The notes: generated by a model not told the origin, from the letters alone. Shown: positions 1 to 14,179, numbered from the stretch's first letter. The stretch: 64,000 bases of DNA from Octopus vulgaris (GCA_951406725.2 OX597834.1:22506001-22570000), one strand, 5' to 3'. Numbers and translations are program-made.

Positions 1-510
1 TAATCTAAGTAGGTTAGATTGGGGTGGGAGCTAGTCAATTAGATCGACCCTAGTACATAACTGGTACTTGATTTATTGACCCCAAAAGGATGAAAGGCAA
101 AGTCGACCTCGGTGGAATTTGAACTCAGAACATAAAGACAGACGAAATACTGCTAAGCATTTCACCTGGCGTGCTAACAATTAAAGTCAGAAGGGTTAGA
201 ATTCAGAATGCAAAGAGCCAGAATAAATACCACAAGGCACCTTATCCAATGTTCTCACAGTTTCACCATTCCCCCTCCCACCCCATGGTGGCATTTTGTA
301 TTATCAACTTTGAAAGGATGAAGGCACAAAGTTGACTTGGGTGGAATTTGAACTCAGAGCACCAAGCATCAGAATAAATACCACGAAGCATTCTATTTGT
401 TGCTCTACTGACTCTATAAATTCACCATCTCTTACTCAATAAACACTTTTAATTGGTACTACGTTAGTTATGACAATGAGGGTTCCAGTTCATCCAATTA
501 AGCCTTTAAA

Positions 511-726
511 CCCTTTCGTTACCGTATTTATTTTGAGATGCTCTGTGTTTCAATCAATTAATTTTAAATATAACAAAGAATTTAGTAAAGTAACTTAGTC
601 ATCATTAAGCTAGTGTTGGGAACATAAATTGTGACTAAGGTTTGGTGGAAGAATTTAATTCAATACTTATGGAAACATGACATTTGTACTACAGAGCCAG
701 TTTCAGCTGGGTTGGTAACGAAAGGG
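511..726. mobile_element. piggyBac-like MITE
   Basis: TIR CCCTTTCGTTACC...GGTAACGAAAGGG with TTAA on the right and TAAA on the left; near-identical copies at 51823-52034 and 52259-52477. Confidence 0.8.
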
Positions 727-1124
727 TTAAAGTCAGGTATAAATAGCAAGTCTTTTCATGCAGGATGCAAAACAAGGAAAAAAAAATACAAGATTTTTAA
801 TTAAATCTTAATTACTATTTATGACTCTATTTCAATAATTCTTGTGTGTATGGAACAGCCTGCTCATGAAATTAACGTGCAAATGGCTGAGCACCCCACA
901 GACAGGCATACCTTTAACATAACTCTCAGGAAAATTCACTATGACACTGAATGCGACAAGGCTGGCCCTTTGAAATACAGGCACAACTCATTTCTGCTGA
1001 CCTGGAGCAATGTGAAGTAAAGTGTCTTGCTGAAGGATACAACACACCACCAGGTATTGAACTCACAACCTTACAATCATGAGCTGAATACCCTAACCAT
1101 TTAGCCATGCATCTTTGCACCTCA

Positions 1125-2000
1125 GTAAAGATTGCAGTTTGTGCTAATGAAGACCTCTCTAACCCATATTTGTATTACACCTGGTGTACCCCAAGGTTCA
1201 CTACTAACCCCTACTCTCTTCCTTCCATATATCGATGGCCTATTCGTTGTCATTCCTTTGACCCTTTACTCCTCCTTAACCTTATTCACACAGCAGTCAT
1301 TCAAATACAATTTAAACACCTTATGCCAGGACATACTCTAAATCCAAGAACATCTTCCCATGGCGGACAGAACATCCGAGTTTCTTTTAACAAGGAAGCA
1401 AGTCTTGTGGTTCACACTCTCTAATAATCAGGAACAACCTACAATAAAACCATCTGAAAAGACCTCGGAATCCTCAATGATCCTTCATGGAGATCCCTCC
1501 TACGTAAGATACCCAAAACTACAGTAAAATGATCTAAAGTCCGGAATCACTTCTGACTGGATCTCCTGCTACACTTCAACAAACCCTAGAAACCATTCAC
1601 ATTGAAGCATCACTCACATTCAAGTACCACTCACACAGAAATAATATTCACACTAGAGTACAACTCACACTGAAGTACCACTCACACTGGAGTATCACTC
1701 ACACTGAAGACTACTCCTACTGGAGTATCACTCACATACTGGAGTGTTACTCATATCTATGAGACAGTGCTGCTCTTACAATCATTAACATCCAAATCCA
1801 AGACTGAATCCAAATGACGTCTATTGAAGTAATTAGAAACGATCTAATCCTCAACAGACCTCAGTCTCTGACAACCACTAACAACAACAATAGCCTCTGC
1901 TGCTCGGAACTATCAACTCTCTACTTTTCCTCTTCCAAGCCCCAGTCACCCATCCAGTTCTCGTCTCTCTCTCTCTCTCTCTGGTCATTCACACTGTATC
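1125..2000 (+). mobile_element. Degenerate CR1/L2/Jockey-group LINE reverse transcriptase fragment
   Basis: GVPQGSLLTPTLFLPYIDGL, EKDLGIL and LEYHSH-like motifs in the expected order. Confidence 0.75.
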
Positions 2001-2611
2001 ACATCTCTTCTTACTTCGTCATGTCATTGTCTAAGATAACACTCATTAAACAGACAAAGCAATTAGACAGACAAAAGTACACTTCTACAATTTCCAATTA
2101 CTTCAAGAAACAATTAGAATCTCATGAGAATTATAGGCATAGTTCCTTCGATACGTATCAAGTTGCAATTTTCTTTTAAGCTCTCCAGGTATTTTACATA
2201 GTGTATCGATATAGTGATGGAATTTCTAGCAAGATATCTACAGCGTTTTTATCAATTCCAGACTTTGATACTTAGAAGACATTTAATACTTTTGGAAGTA
2301 AACCAATTACAAGACAAATGTTGAGTGTGTTTTGAATTGGAATTTGGACAAAGTTTGAATTTAGAATGAAATATATCATTTCAAGAACAGTAGTTTATTG
2401 AGATTCATCAAAATCACAGATAGTTCTTCTGTTTCAGAATTTATCTTAACAATTCTCACCCCAACCTCTACCACACACACACAGACACATGAATAGTAAA
2501 TTCAAACAATAAAGTTTATTTGCCAACAGAATGTGGCAGTCCTATACAGGACGATATTACTACTGTTTAACCCCAGGATAACATCTTTTCCAGCTGGCTA
2601 CCAACACACAT

Positions 2612-2663
<52 letters not shown>

Positions 2664-2957
2664 ATTAATAAATAAAATAAAACATATGCATATATATAAA
2701 CATATATGTATGTACCTACCTCTACATGTACATATACACGCATATATGAGTACAAGACACCAAAAGGACGTCGAACACAATAAGAAACGAAAACATAGAC
2801 ACAAACCAAAGGAACTGGACATTTTTTTAAAAACAACAAAAAAATAGAGTACAGGACAATTAACACAAAGAAAAAACCCTTTCTTCAGTCGCTATGGTTT
2901 CATCTACTCTATATATATATATATATTGAGAATAACAAGGTAGTCAGAATGGTGGAT

Positions 2958-4342
2958 CATCTTCATCATTATCATTAAACGTCTGGTGTCCATGTTGGCA
3001 ATGGTTGGACGGTTTGACCTGGGGCTGGCATGCTGGAAGGCTGCACCAGACTCCAGTCTGATTTGGAATGGTTTTCTACAGCTGAATGCCCTTCTTAATG
3101 CCAACCACTCAGAGTGTAATGGTTGCTTTTACGTGCCATTTGTGTGACACTGGTGTCTGCCACGACTGTGACTTTACTTGGCTTGATGGGTCTTCTTCTC
3201 AAGCACAACATAATGCTAAAGATCTTGGTCATTGCTTTCATGAGGCCCAACACTCAAAAGGAACTCAGCCACTTTGCCTCAGTGAGGCCCATTGCTCAAA
3301 AGGTGTTCTTTACGTGCCACCAGCACAGGTGCATTTGGCTTGACAGGTCCTCTCAAGCACAGCACATCCCCAAGTGACTCAGTCACTAGTCATTGCCTCT
3401 GTGAAGCTCTAAGTTTGAAGATCCTGCTTCACCACCTCGTCCCATGTCTTTCTGGATCTACCTCTACTACAGGGTTCCCTCCACAGTTAGAGATCAGTAC
3501 TTCTTTACACAGCTGTCCTCATCTGTATGCATCACATAACCATACCAGTGGAGTCTCTCTTGCACACTGCATCTGATTCCTCTTATGCCTAACTTTTCTC
3601 TGAAGATGTTTACACTCTGTCGAACATGCACACTGACATTGCACATCCAGCAAAGCATACTGGCTTCGTTTTATTCAAGTCTACACATGTCCTCAGCTGT
3701 TACAACCCATGTTTCACTGCCATGCAACATAGCTGTTCACACACAGACATCAAACAATCTGCTTTCCACTCTGAGAGAGAGGCCCTTTGTTGCCAGCAGG
3801 TATTGGAGCTCTCTGAACTTTGCCCATCCTAATCTTATTCTCAAAGCTATGCTCTCAGAGCATCCACCTCCACTACTAATTTGGTCATTTAGATAACAGA
3901 AGCTATCTACTACCTCTAGCTTGCACCCCAGGCTGCTGATGGAGTTTGTTCTCTGCCCATTCTTAGTGTTTATTGTACCTGTGCATCTTCCGCATACAAA
4001 AGCTAGTTTCCCTATTAACCTTCCCCTGATATTGCTGCACTTTTTATGTGTCCAAAATTTACACTGGGTGCATCTTATGGAGTTTCTATCTACAACCTTT
4101 CTAGAGATGGAGCAGGGCCATCTACCTGAAGGGATTTGTGATTTGTCTTCCTTCCTACTTACTAAGACTGGTTTTTTGCTTGTTTAACTTTAAGACCCTT
4201 TGATTCTATACCTTGCTTCTATACCTGGAGTTTCTTCTCTAGTTTAGATAGTGATTTAGCTATAAGAGCAAGGTCATTAGCATAGAGGAGCTCCCAGGGG
4301 CAGACTGTCTTGAATTCCCCTGTCATTATGCCTGGAAGACTA
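2958..4342 (-). mobile_element. 5'-truncated RTE-clade LINE with PHD-type finger and 3' UTR ending in (GAT)n
   Basis: PWELLYANDL (YADD box), C4HC3-like finger at about 3975-4125, LEVVDSFCYL, GWAKFREL, MLHGSETW, RLHWYGYV, RGRSRKTW; several in-frame stops. Confidence 0.9.
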
Positions 4343-5014
4343 TAGATGATTATATATATCTTTTTTATTAACATTTTTAGCGTTTTCTTCTGTTATCGGA
4401 TTTATTAAAAAAGTGGTTTTACAGTAAGTTTGCTTTGCTTTTTTATATAAAATTGAAACTGATGATGTTTTAGAAAGGGAGAGAGGAGGGGGACAAATTA
4501 GAAAGGAAAGTGCAGGGGTAAGAGAGGAGGATAAATTGGGAGATAGGGAAGATAGAGAAGAGAAAAGAAAGTAGAATAAGTGTTTTGGGATTGTATTCTT
4601 GGTTTTTCTTTTTTGGGGGTGGTCTGCAATGGAAGGGGTAAGAAGAAAAAAGTTTGAGAGAGGGGGAGGTAAAGGAGACATGGCTTTTGTATCAGTGTGG
4701 TCAGACTTAATATTAATTTTATTTTTATACAACATAATATTGTTTATAAACATTCACCCATAGTACCCCAAGATAAAATTTCCTCTGTATTAACATCCTA
4801 GGTTTTATTAGTGTCTTGCCCCTTTAACTGCGAATTAACATCATGATTTAGAGTCTTCCCCTACCCAACCTCCTTTTGTAGACAGTTAATCTGTATCAAA
4901 TTTACTACTAATGTCTTCTTCTCTCCCTGAAGAAAAGGGATACATATGACAATATTTATGACCAGACCTAGCCATGAGCTGTCAACTCACTTTTGTCCTT
5001 CATTCTAAACATAT

Positions 5015-5365
5015 ACAGTCCTCTAGTCTTAGATTTGCTAGTTGATAAAAAGACAAATAAATTGGAAATGAACCATAATCCTTTACAAGCTATGACCCCA
5101 ATGGGATTCATGCGATTCTTGGAAGTGTAGTCTATTCTTAGCTACAATAGCGACAACATGAATTTCTTCCGGCTTCTTGCTCTGTTAAAGTATTTGAGAA
5201 AAATTATATTAATGTGTCCAACTGGTTAAAATTCTATTTATTTGTGCAGCAGAAGATGGTACTGCATTTAAACTGATGTAATGATTGCATTGTTCAATTA
5301 AATGGAGCCACTTGAAACGGTCGTACTGCATCACTACTTGATATCCTGTTACTTATTTTGATTTT
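5015..5365 (+). mobile_element. Penelope-like terminal repeat with hammerhead-like fold (5245-5330)
   Basis: Reverse-complement homolog of 21617-21965. UGCAG-CAGAAGA-UGG..long hairpin..CCA-CUU-GAAA-CGGUCG-UA|CUGCA. Confidence 0.55.
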
Positions 5366-5455
5366 ATTCACCTTACTTTGAGTTGTGCAGATAATACCAG
5401 ACTGTACTTGGTGCTTCAACTCAAGTACCTAATTCAACTAAATCTCAAGTATATA

Positions 5456-5509
<54 letters not shown>

Positions 5510-5792
5510 AGAGACTGTTTGATTTCATTATTTTTCTTCGTTATTTTGCCATAGTGAGTTACAAATACTGTTGTCTGTGGGACATATTTTTGTGGTAAAA
5601 GAAATAACAGTCTTCTGGCTGCTATTTCTAATACTTTTCGGTATGTGGTCTAGCAACCTGTTGCAAAGACCCTCATTGTTATAATTATAATTATATATAA
5701 TTTTACCGAATATGCTCCTTTTCCATACCGAAAAACTACTTGGTGAAATTTGTTGATTTTATTAAACTAATTATATTTCACCCTTTATCTGT

Positions 5793-5864
<72 letters not shown>

Positions 5865-6644
5865 CAGGTCTTTGTGGAGATTTTTGTAATCCATAACCAA
5901 CTTGTGTGGCATAAATAAAACCATACTTAAATGTTCACAAGGTGTCATTAAATCATTCACAGACAGCCTCAACAAACACCGACCTACAATGCATACCTGG
6001 CCGTAGAGAAAGATTACCTTATTTTGAAACAGGTAAGGGTTGGTAACAGGAAGGGCATCCAGCTACAGAAACTCATCAAGAAAATCTGTCTCACCCATGT
6101 AAGCATTGAAAAGTAGATGTTATGATGATGATGATGATGCGTGAAACCTTATTATGGGATCAATAGACTTGATTTGAGCTAATTTATTTACCACCTCCTT
6201 ATTTCAGATTTAAGTGGGTGGCTGTTATTAAAAGACGTACAATCAGACTGGAAATCACATTCAACATTATTTTTTTTTTTTTTCGACACTTCAATAATAC
6301 TGCCACACAATAAACAGACACATTTATCTTTGAAACTGACGTAACAACAGACTTCTTCCTATTTCCCATTAAAATTATGTATTTTTGTTTGTTTGTTTTT
6401 GGTTTTTGTTTTTACGTTGGTTACACATTTTTTATAATTAGAACTTCTTTTACTTCTTAAGTCATCATCATCATCATCATCATAGGAGCAAGTGTGGCTC
6501 TGTGGTAAGAAGTTTGCTGCCAAAACACATCATTCCAGGTTCAGTCCCATAGCATGGCACCATGGGCCAAGTGTCTTCTATAGTAGCCTCAGGTTGATTA
6601 AAGCCTTGAGAGGATTTGGTTAACAGAAACTGAAAGAAGCCTGC

Positions 6645-6679
<35 letters not shown>

Positions 6680-7059
6680 GTCCAACCCATACCAGCATGG
6701 ACAATGGACATTAAATGATGCTGATGTGTGTGTGTGTGTGTCTTTGAATCTGTGTTTGTCTCTGACCACCACCACTTGACAACCAGTGTTGGTGTGGTTA
6801 CTTCCCCTGTAACTTAGCAGTTTGGCAAGTGAGGCTAATAGAGTGAATGCCAAACTTACAAAAGAAAATAAGAACTGGGGTTGTTTCATTCAACTATATA
6901 TTCTTCAAGGTAATGCACCAGCATGGCCGTAGCTTAAGGATTGAAATAAGTAACAGGTAAAAGAGAAATGCACACACATACACACACACAGCACATGCAT
7001 CTCACATTGCAGATTCCAATAATTTTCTTCCCAAGACATAACTTTCCACTCTTCACAAC

Positions 7060-7440
7060 AAACTTCTACAACTCTTCAGAGCAATTCCATTATCATCACA
7101 ACATCGTCACACATCTATAAAGAATGTTAAGTCATTTCTACAAACTTTCAGACATAGAAAGATGTAGATTGGAACAAGTTCCGTCAAGAAACAGAATCAA
7201 TATTTTTTTTTTAGAATTCAGGAACTTTACAGTCCCTAACGAAGACATTGCAGAGCATACATTCTGTAAATTACTTATAGATACATCTAAATAATTATAT
7301 CCCACAATGCAACATGAAAAATAAAGCCTCAATGACACAGCAGAAATAATTGAGTTCATAAAAGCCAGCCAGATTACAATATTCCAAAATCTCACCAAAT
7401 TGAACTCAGAATCAATAAAATAAACATTTCCAGAATCTGA
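7060..7440 (+). mobile_element. Degenerate I/Jockey-group LINE ORF2 (endonuclease end and linker)
   Basis: Frameshifted SDHxPIIIT-like segment followed by TNF..DWNKFRQETES and EHTFCKLLIDTSK. Confidence 0.5.
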
Positions 7441-8829
7441 AATTTCCTGAACCTTCAAGGATCTAAATTATAATCTTTCTCTAAAATTTTATGTTGATTT
7501 ATATTCCACTCAGTAACTTAACAATGACAAAATTATTTTACTAAATTCTCCATTACTTTCAAAATTTATTCAAACAAAGGTAGTGGAAATATGGAGACAA
7601 AATTGTGAAGTAGTTGTTAAGTGGATCCATCTCTGTCTTTTACAGAATGACAGACATTTGAACAAGTTCTCTGTCTACCAACTTAGAAGTTTTGATATCA
7701 ATCTACCTGAGATCAATCCCAAATTCTATGATACAAACTTTTTTTTTAAACTGGTCAAAATTAAAACTTTCCATCAAAATTTCATGTCAGCGTATGTTTC
7801 AAAAACCAACTTAATAACAGTTATTTTACTAAATTTTCCATTGTTTTCAAAATTTATTGGAACAAAGACAGTGTTTTCAGTGAAAATATGATTTTTAAAA
7901 ATGGTTAAGTAGAAGTTAAGTGGATCCTTCTCAGCCTGTTAAAGACTGGCAAACATTTGAACCATGGCACGGGTTTCCTGCTGACTGCCAATTGGCCTGA
8001 GGCTACCCCTTGGTTCAGTAATACAAGCTTCTTGCTTTTGAGGTCTAAATTAAAATCTACCATCAAAATTTTATGCTAACCCTTTAGCATTTAAACTTGC
8101 CATGTCCAGCCCAAATATTCTGTTTAATGTTCAAAGTCAAATGGCCACAGTCAAATGACTGAAACAAGTAAAAGAGTAACAGAGTAAAAGAGGCTGTTCC
8201 GTTGGTTGAATCGACTGGAACACTGATTGACCAAACTATCAGAGTGACAGATAATTGAAACAAAGACACTGTATTTTAACCGAAATCTGGTATCAAAACG
8301 AGTGAAAGTGTCCATCAACCAATGAGCCTTTAGTCTTTAATATCATAGGATGTAATCCAAGAATGGCTTGGCTTCTTTTTCTAGCAGGTTAAGGCTGCAT
8401 TGCTGACTCAAAATATGTGATACTGGTTCCTTTTTGCATAAATCTAAGAACCCTGCACTCCAGCTGCCTTCCCCCCCCCCCCCACCCCTCAACCAGCATT
8501 GAATATATGTGTGATTTCTGTGTTTCCTAGATATACCAGGCATCAATAAATTTTGCATCCAGAATTCTATAAACTGTCAAATCTTCCATAAGCAGAGTCA
8601 CAAAATGGTTAAGTGAGACTGCACTGTTTTGCTATTAATCACACGGCTGAATATGACACCAATTATTGATACAAACACGAGTGTACCATGGACAAAAGAA
8701 TGTGTGTGTGTGTGTGTGTTTGCAGAGGTTGTCTAATGAATAATGGCTGAACGGAAGTGGGTGAAAGTAAGCGTTTTCTAGGAGAGTGTGGGGGGGGGGG
8801 AAATTTGCTGGTGTCAGTAAATTGGATGT

Positions 8830-9420
8830 GAGAGGAATAAGTGAGGTAGAGCAGTTGTGTGTGAGTGTAAGAGTGAGTGAGTGTGGTAAGAGTGAAGTGT
8901 GAGTGCATGTGAGTGAGTGTGGTAAGAGTGGAGAGTGAGTGCATGTAAGGTGAGTGAGTGTAGTGGAGAGTGAGAGTGGAGGGTGAGTGTGTATGACAGT
9001 GGAGGGTGAGTGTGTGTAGGAGTGATGAGTGAGTGTGTATGTAGGAGTGAAGGTGTGTGAGTGTAAAAGTGAGTGAGTGTGGTAAGAGTGAAGTGTGAGT
9101 GCATGTGGTGGGAGTGGAGAGTGAGTGCATGTAAGGTGAGAGTGGTGGAGAGTGGAGAGTAAGAGTGGAGGGTGAGTGTGTGTAGGAGTGATGAGTGAGT
9201 GTGTATGTAGGAGTGAAGGTGTGTGAGTTTAAAAGTGAGTGAGTGTGGTAAGACTGAAGCGTGAGTGCATGTGGTAAGAGTGGAAAGTGAGTGCATGTAA
9301 GGTGAGTGAGTGTGGTGAGAGTGGAGAAGGGTGAGTGTGTGTGACAGTGGAGGGTGAGTATGTGTAGGAGTGATGAGTGAGTGTGTATGTAGGAGTGAAG
9401 GTGTGTGAGTAAAAGTTGGG
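8830..9420. repeat. GAGT/GT-rich compound tandem repeat with a unit of about 175 bp
   Basis: Block GTGTAGGAGTGATGAGTGAGTGTGTATGTAGGAGTGAAGGTGTGTGAGT occurs at about 9014, 9180 and 9362. Confidence 0.85.
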
Positions 9421-9984
9421 TGTGAATGTATGAATGAAGAGTTAGAAAAGAGATTGAGTGTGAGTTGGAGCGAAGTGAGTGTATCTAAGAGTGAGAATGA
9501 AGTGTGAGTGCAAGTAAGAAGGGAAAGTGAAAGTAGAGAGTAAATGAATGAGTCGATACAGTGTGAACGGATATAGTCAGAGTGGAGAGTGGATGTAAGT
9601 AAGGCCGGGTGTGAGTGTAATAAGAGTCGAGAGTGAGAAAGAGAAACTGTTTGAGTAAGCGTGAAGGAGGTAGAAGCGGTGGTTGGGTGGTTGCGATATG
9701 AGCATTATTGACACAATATAGCATAAAAGGATGGAAGTGAGATCTGGTCTTCTATTGACATATTGAGATGGGGAAGATAGGAAACACACAGGCATAGCAG
9801 GATGCCTGCGGATGTCGATGCGAGAGGACGGCAACCTAACAAGCTAAGACAATATAAACAACTCTTTTTTAGGTGTCAACAAGATATCATGTACGCCGGG
9901 GGGGGATAAGATGCGTGGGGGGCGGGGGGTAAGGATGTCTAGTTGTTTAACAGTGAGCAGAGTGGAGGGGTGGGGCAAAAGGAA

Positions 9985-10200
9985 ACTAAGTCAACTGTTG
10001 ACACCATGGAGAGCAACTGTTCCAAAGCGAAAAAAAAAAATCAACTGTTGTTTATGATAGAGAGCCAGGAAGTGAGTGGTCTGTCCGGGGGGGGGGGTTA
10101 GCCCCCTCCCCCCCACAAAAGTTGAGATGAAAGCAAGAGTGTCCAGGAGAACTGAAGTGGCTGCCGACAGGTTTCAGTAATCCAGTAAATGCTCTCTAAA
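9985..10200 (-). mobile_element. Penelope-like element GIY-YIG endonuclease C-terminal remnant
   Basis: KPVGSHFSSPGHS...QQLIF..(frameshift)..GTVALHGVNS resembles the PLE consensus PVAxHFNxxxHS...EQxLIFxLGTLxPxGLN. Confidence 0.6.
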
Positions 10201-12849
10201 GGTCTCAGTTCACTTCTGATTGGTTTCTTCTCTCTTTAATCTCTTACCTCTTTCAGTCATTAGACTGTGGCCATGCTGGGGCACTGCCTCGAAGAAATCG
10301 ACCCCAGAACTTATTTAGCTTGTTACTTATTCTATCGGTTTCCTTTGCCAAACTGCTAAGTTATAGGGATGTAAATACAGCAACACCACTCATCAAGCAG
10401 TGGTCGGGGACAAACACACACATAAATATACGATAGGCTTCTTTCAGTTTCTGTCTACCAAATCCACTCACAATGCTTTGATCAGCCTTCACTCCTACAT
10501 ACACACTCACTCATCACTCCTACACACACTCACCCTCCACTGTCATACACACTCACCCTCCACTCTCACTCTCCACCAAAAGACACTTGCCCAAGGTGCC
10601 ATACTAGAGGACTGAACTTGGAACCATGCAGTTGGGAAGCAATCTTCTTACCACACAGCCATATCTGTGTCTACATACAATAAGCCAGAGAGTTTGAATT
10701 TGATGCTGCAGACGAAGGGTTTTGAGGGGCAAACGAAGCAGTCAGTGATGTTGGAAAGTGGATTTGGCAGTGAGTGGAGTAGTAATGCACTGCATGAAGT
10801 GTGAGTGCAAGTAAGAATGGAGAGTGAGTGAGTAGTGAAAGTAGAAAGTAAATGAGTGAGTGAATGCAGTGTGAGTGAGTGTAATGAGAGTGGAGTGAGA
10901 GTAATGAGAGTGGAGTGAGGGAGAGAAAGCAGACAAAAGATCAAGGAAGGTGTGGTAAGGGGTGAAAAACTATTTACCAAAATGGTAGATAAGGTTACAT
11001 TCTCATCTGAAAGAAGGGAGAGAGTGTGAATTGAAGAAGAAATTGTGCAGGATGGTTGAAACGGAGAAGTCACATGACAGCATGAAAAATGAAAGAGAAG
11101 AGAATGTGGTTGGTGTAGGGGCAGGTACAGAGTTGGAGGAAGGCACATGGTTAAGGGGTTAGGGTATTCGGTTCACAATCATAAGTTCGTGAGTTCGATC
11201 CCTGGTGGCGGGTTATGACCTTGAGCAAGACATTTCATGTTGCTCCAGTTCACTCATCTGGCAAAAAGGAGTGGTACCTGTAATTCAAAGGGGTTAACCT
11301 TGACACATTCTGTGTCATGCTGAATCTCCCTGAGAACTAAGTTAAAGGTACACATGTCTGTGGAATACTCAGTCACTTGCATGTTAATTTCACAAGCAGA
11401 ACCCTAATCTTGAGATGAAAGCAAGAGTGTCCAGGAGAACTGAAGTGGCTGCCGACATGTTTCAGTAATCCAGTAAATGCTCTCTAAAGGTTTCAGTTTC
11501 AAAGGGGCTTGGCATGCTTCTTGGTTTAATGGCTGGGTGCTCCTCCTAATGCCAACCACTTTACAGAGTGTGGGCTGGATGCTCTTTACATGGCACCAGC
11601 ACCAGTGAGGTCACCAAATTATTGGAAACATCACTGCCTCTACCAATGAAACACATACACTTTGTACAGTTGTTTGATCACAATTTTTTGTTTTTATTCA
11701 TGACTCACCCAACTTGAAAATGGTTAAGGGTTGGTGACAGGAAAAGCATCAGGCTGTAGAAGGTCTCTCCCAATAAACTCATACAAGCATCATGGAAAAG
11801 ATATGATAGTTGATATATATTACCATACTGCTGCCGATCAATCAAATATAAGTTGATCTCCATCAGATATAACTTGTCATCTCCAACTTCAATACTTTGT
11901 TATTTATTTCAACACAATTACTTTCCCATGGCTTATTGCATTTTGTTTCCATGAATCAATATTTCTTTTATATATATATATATATTTCCATATTTTTGTC
12001 ATAAACGTCTGCTAAATTTTGACTTCTAGTTACAAAATCTTGATGTTTTGATCTAAAATTCAAGTTATTAATCCAGATTATTTGATATCTTATGTCAATG
12101 TAATTACATGTATGTAAACTACACACATCACCCACTCTATGAAAGCATCGTTTTTCTTGATAATCCTGCCAGAACATGGAATTCTGTAATGTGAAACTTG
12201 TTTTCTCCATGGACCTCCCTGTTGTAAACTGAGATGATTTCTGGCAGAATTTTAAAAATATATATCATCATCATCATTCAACGTCTATCTTCCATTCTGG
12301 CATGGCTTGGACAGTTTGACAGGAACTGGTAAGCCAGAGGACTGTTCCACTGTTTGATTTGGCATGGTTTTTACAGATGGGTGCCCTTCATATTGCCAAC
12401 CACTTTACAAAGTGGAATGGGTGCTTTTTTTTAAAGTGGAACCAGCACTAGTGAGATCTGTTTTGGCATGCTTCTTGGTTCAATGGCTGGGTGCTCCTCC
12501 TAATGCCAACCACTTTACAGAGTGTGGGCTGCATGCTTTTTACATGGCACCAGCACCAGTGAGGTCACCAAGCACCTTGCAAGACAAAGACCCCCTTCAA
12601 ATGAGAAGGGGAGTGATGTTGAGGGATGTGACTTTGTGCCAAGTGATGAGAAGTTAAGCCATGACAGTGAAATAGAAGCAGGTGTCTTATTGCAGAGGAG
12701 ATACATAGCTACCCCAGTTGGGGAGAGGGAGAAAGAAAGAGAGATGATAGTGGTAAAGATATACATATATTGGGACTTTAGTTTTTAGAATGGTTAACAT
12801 TTACCCAACTTTCTGTAAATGCACAAAGACAGGTCATATCCCAATATTA

Positions 12850-13065
12850 AATCCATAACCAGGTCCACAGTCTTTGAAAGGGACACAGGCTTTAATATCA
12901 TCCCAAAATGCTTGTGAGACCTATATGGATTGAATGTAGGTGTCTTCAAAACAGAATTGGATCTCCTCCTGTCAGAAGTTCTAGATGAATCCATCTTGTG
13001 GCAGGAAACACAGGTAAAGGCAACAACATCAGACTCCCTCATTCATCAAAAGCCCATTATCAGAG
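12850..13065 (+). mobile_element. CR1-type LINE C-terminal fragment
   Basis: GPQ..FNIIPKCL*DL...VFKTELDLLLSEVLDE...ATTSDSLIHQ resembles FNxLP...FKxxLDxxLxxVPDEP...AAxSNSLxxQ. Confidence 0.65.
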
Positions 13066-14131
13066 GAGGTTTTAAAGAAGTGAAAGTATAGCAAAGCTAA
13101 CAAAGGTGCCCCAGTATGACCACAGCTCTCTCTCAAGAGGAGCAAGACAGTTCTATGTAGCTACAAAGATATCGTTATATATAAATAGTTATAGAGACAC
13201 CCAAGTAAAACTATGCCTGTGTAACTATGTAAGTATTTCTATAGAACTGTTTCTTTATAACTATGTCTACATGTGTATGTGTGCATATGTGTGTGTGCCT
13301 CTAACTCATAATTTGCTTAACATACATGTTTCTTGCTAAGCTGCATTAGCCAGACCTAACTCAAGCATCTATTGATAAAATGGAGCAAATAACAATGGAA
13401 GCATCATTAAAGGATATACCAATTCCACTGCAAAATTAACCCACCGTTTACAATGAAAAGCCTTATTCTACGATAATAAATAACCAAGCAGAGTTTCCTT
13501 TTCTTTTTGCTTTTTTCCTTTTCCTTTATTTTCCCTTTTCTCCTATTTATATTCCTCTAAATCATTCTGACAATGTTTCTTATATCGAACGAGATAAATG
13601 CAAATTTACCTCGATTTGATAAACAGAAACAGCTGTAAATGGTTCTGAACTACAATAAAACTATTACTTTTTAATACCAATAATCAACTTCTCATTGTTA
13701 ATTACTGCGGCATTCCTTTTCTTTTCTATATATATATATGTAACATATGGTATAATTATAAACATACTCCAATGGAGTAAGTGGAGCAAGAACACACATG
13801 AAAATGAAAAGTGTCGCTGAAGAGGTCACAGATGGACATGAGTTAAGATGATGAAATAAGAACAGTAATAAATGAGTGAAGAAAATATATATACATACAT
13901 TGCTATGTTATGGGGACATAAACAAACCAACATTGGTTGTCAAGCAGTGGTGGAACACACACACAGACAGACACACACATAAATGTATGATGGGCTTCTT
14001 TCAGTTTCCTTCAATCAAATCCACCCACAAGGCTATAGTAGAAAATACATGTGCAAGGTGCTACACAGTGGGACTGAACCCAGAACCATGTGATTGGGAA
14101 GCAAGCTTCTTACCACACAGACATGCCTGCA

Positions 14132-14179
<48 letters not shown>

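Noticed and set aside
4340-4753. 137-aa minus-strand ORF
   Set aside because: Low-complexity sequence between repeats with no recognisable domain or convincing splice sites.
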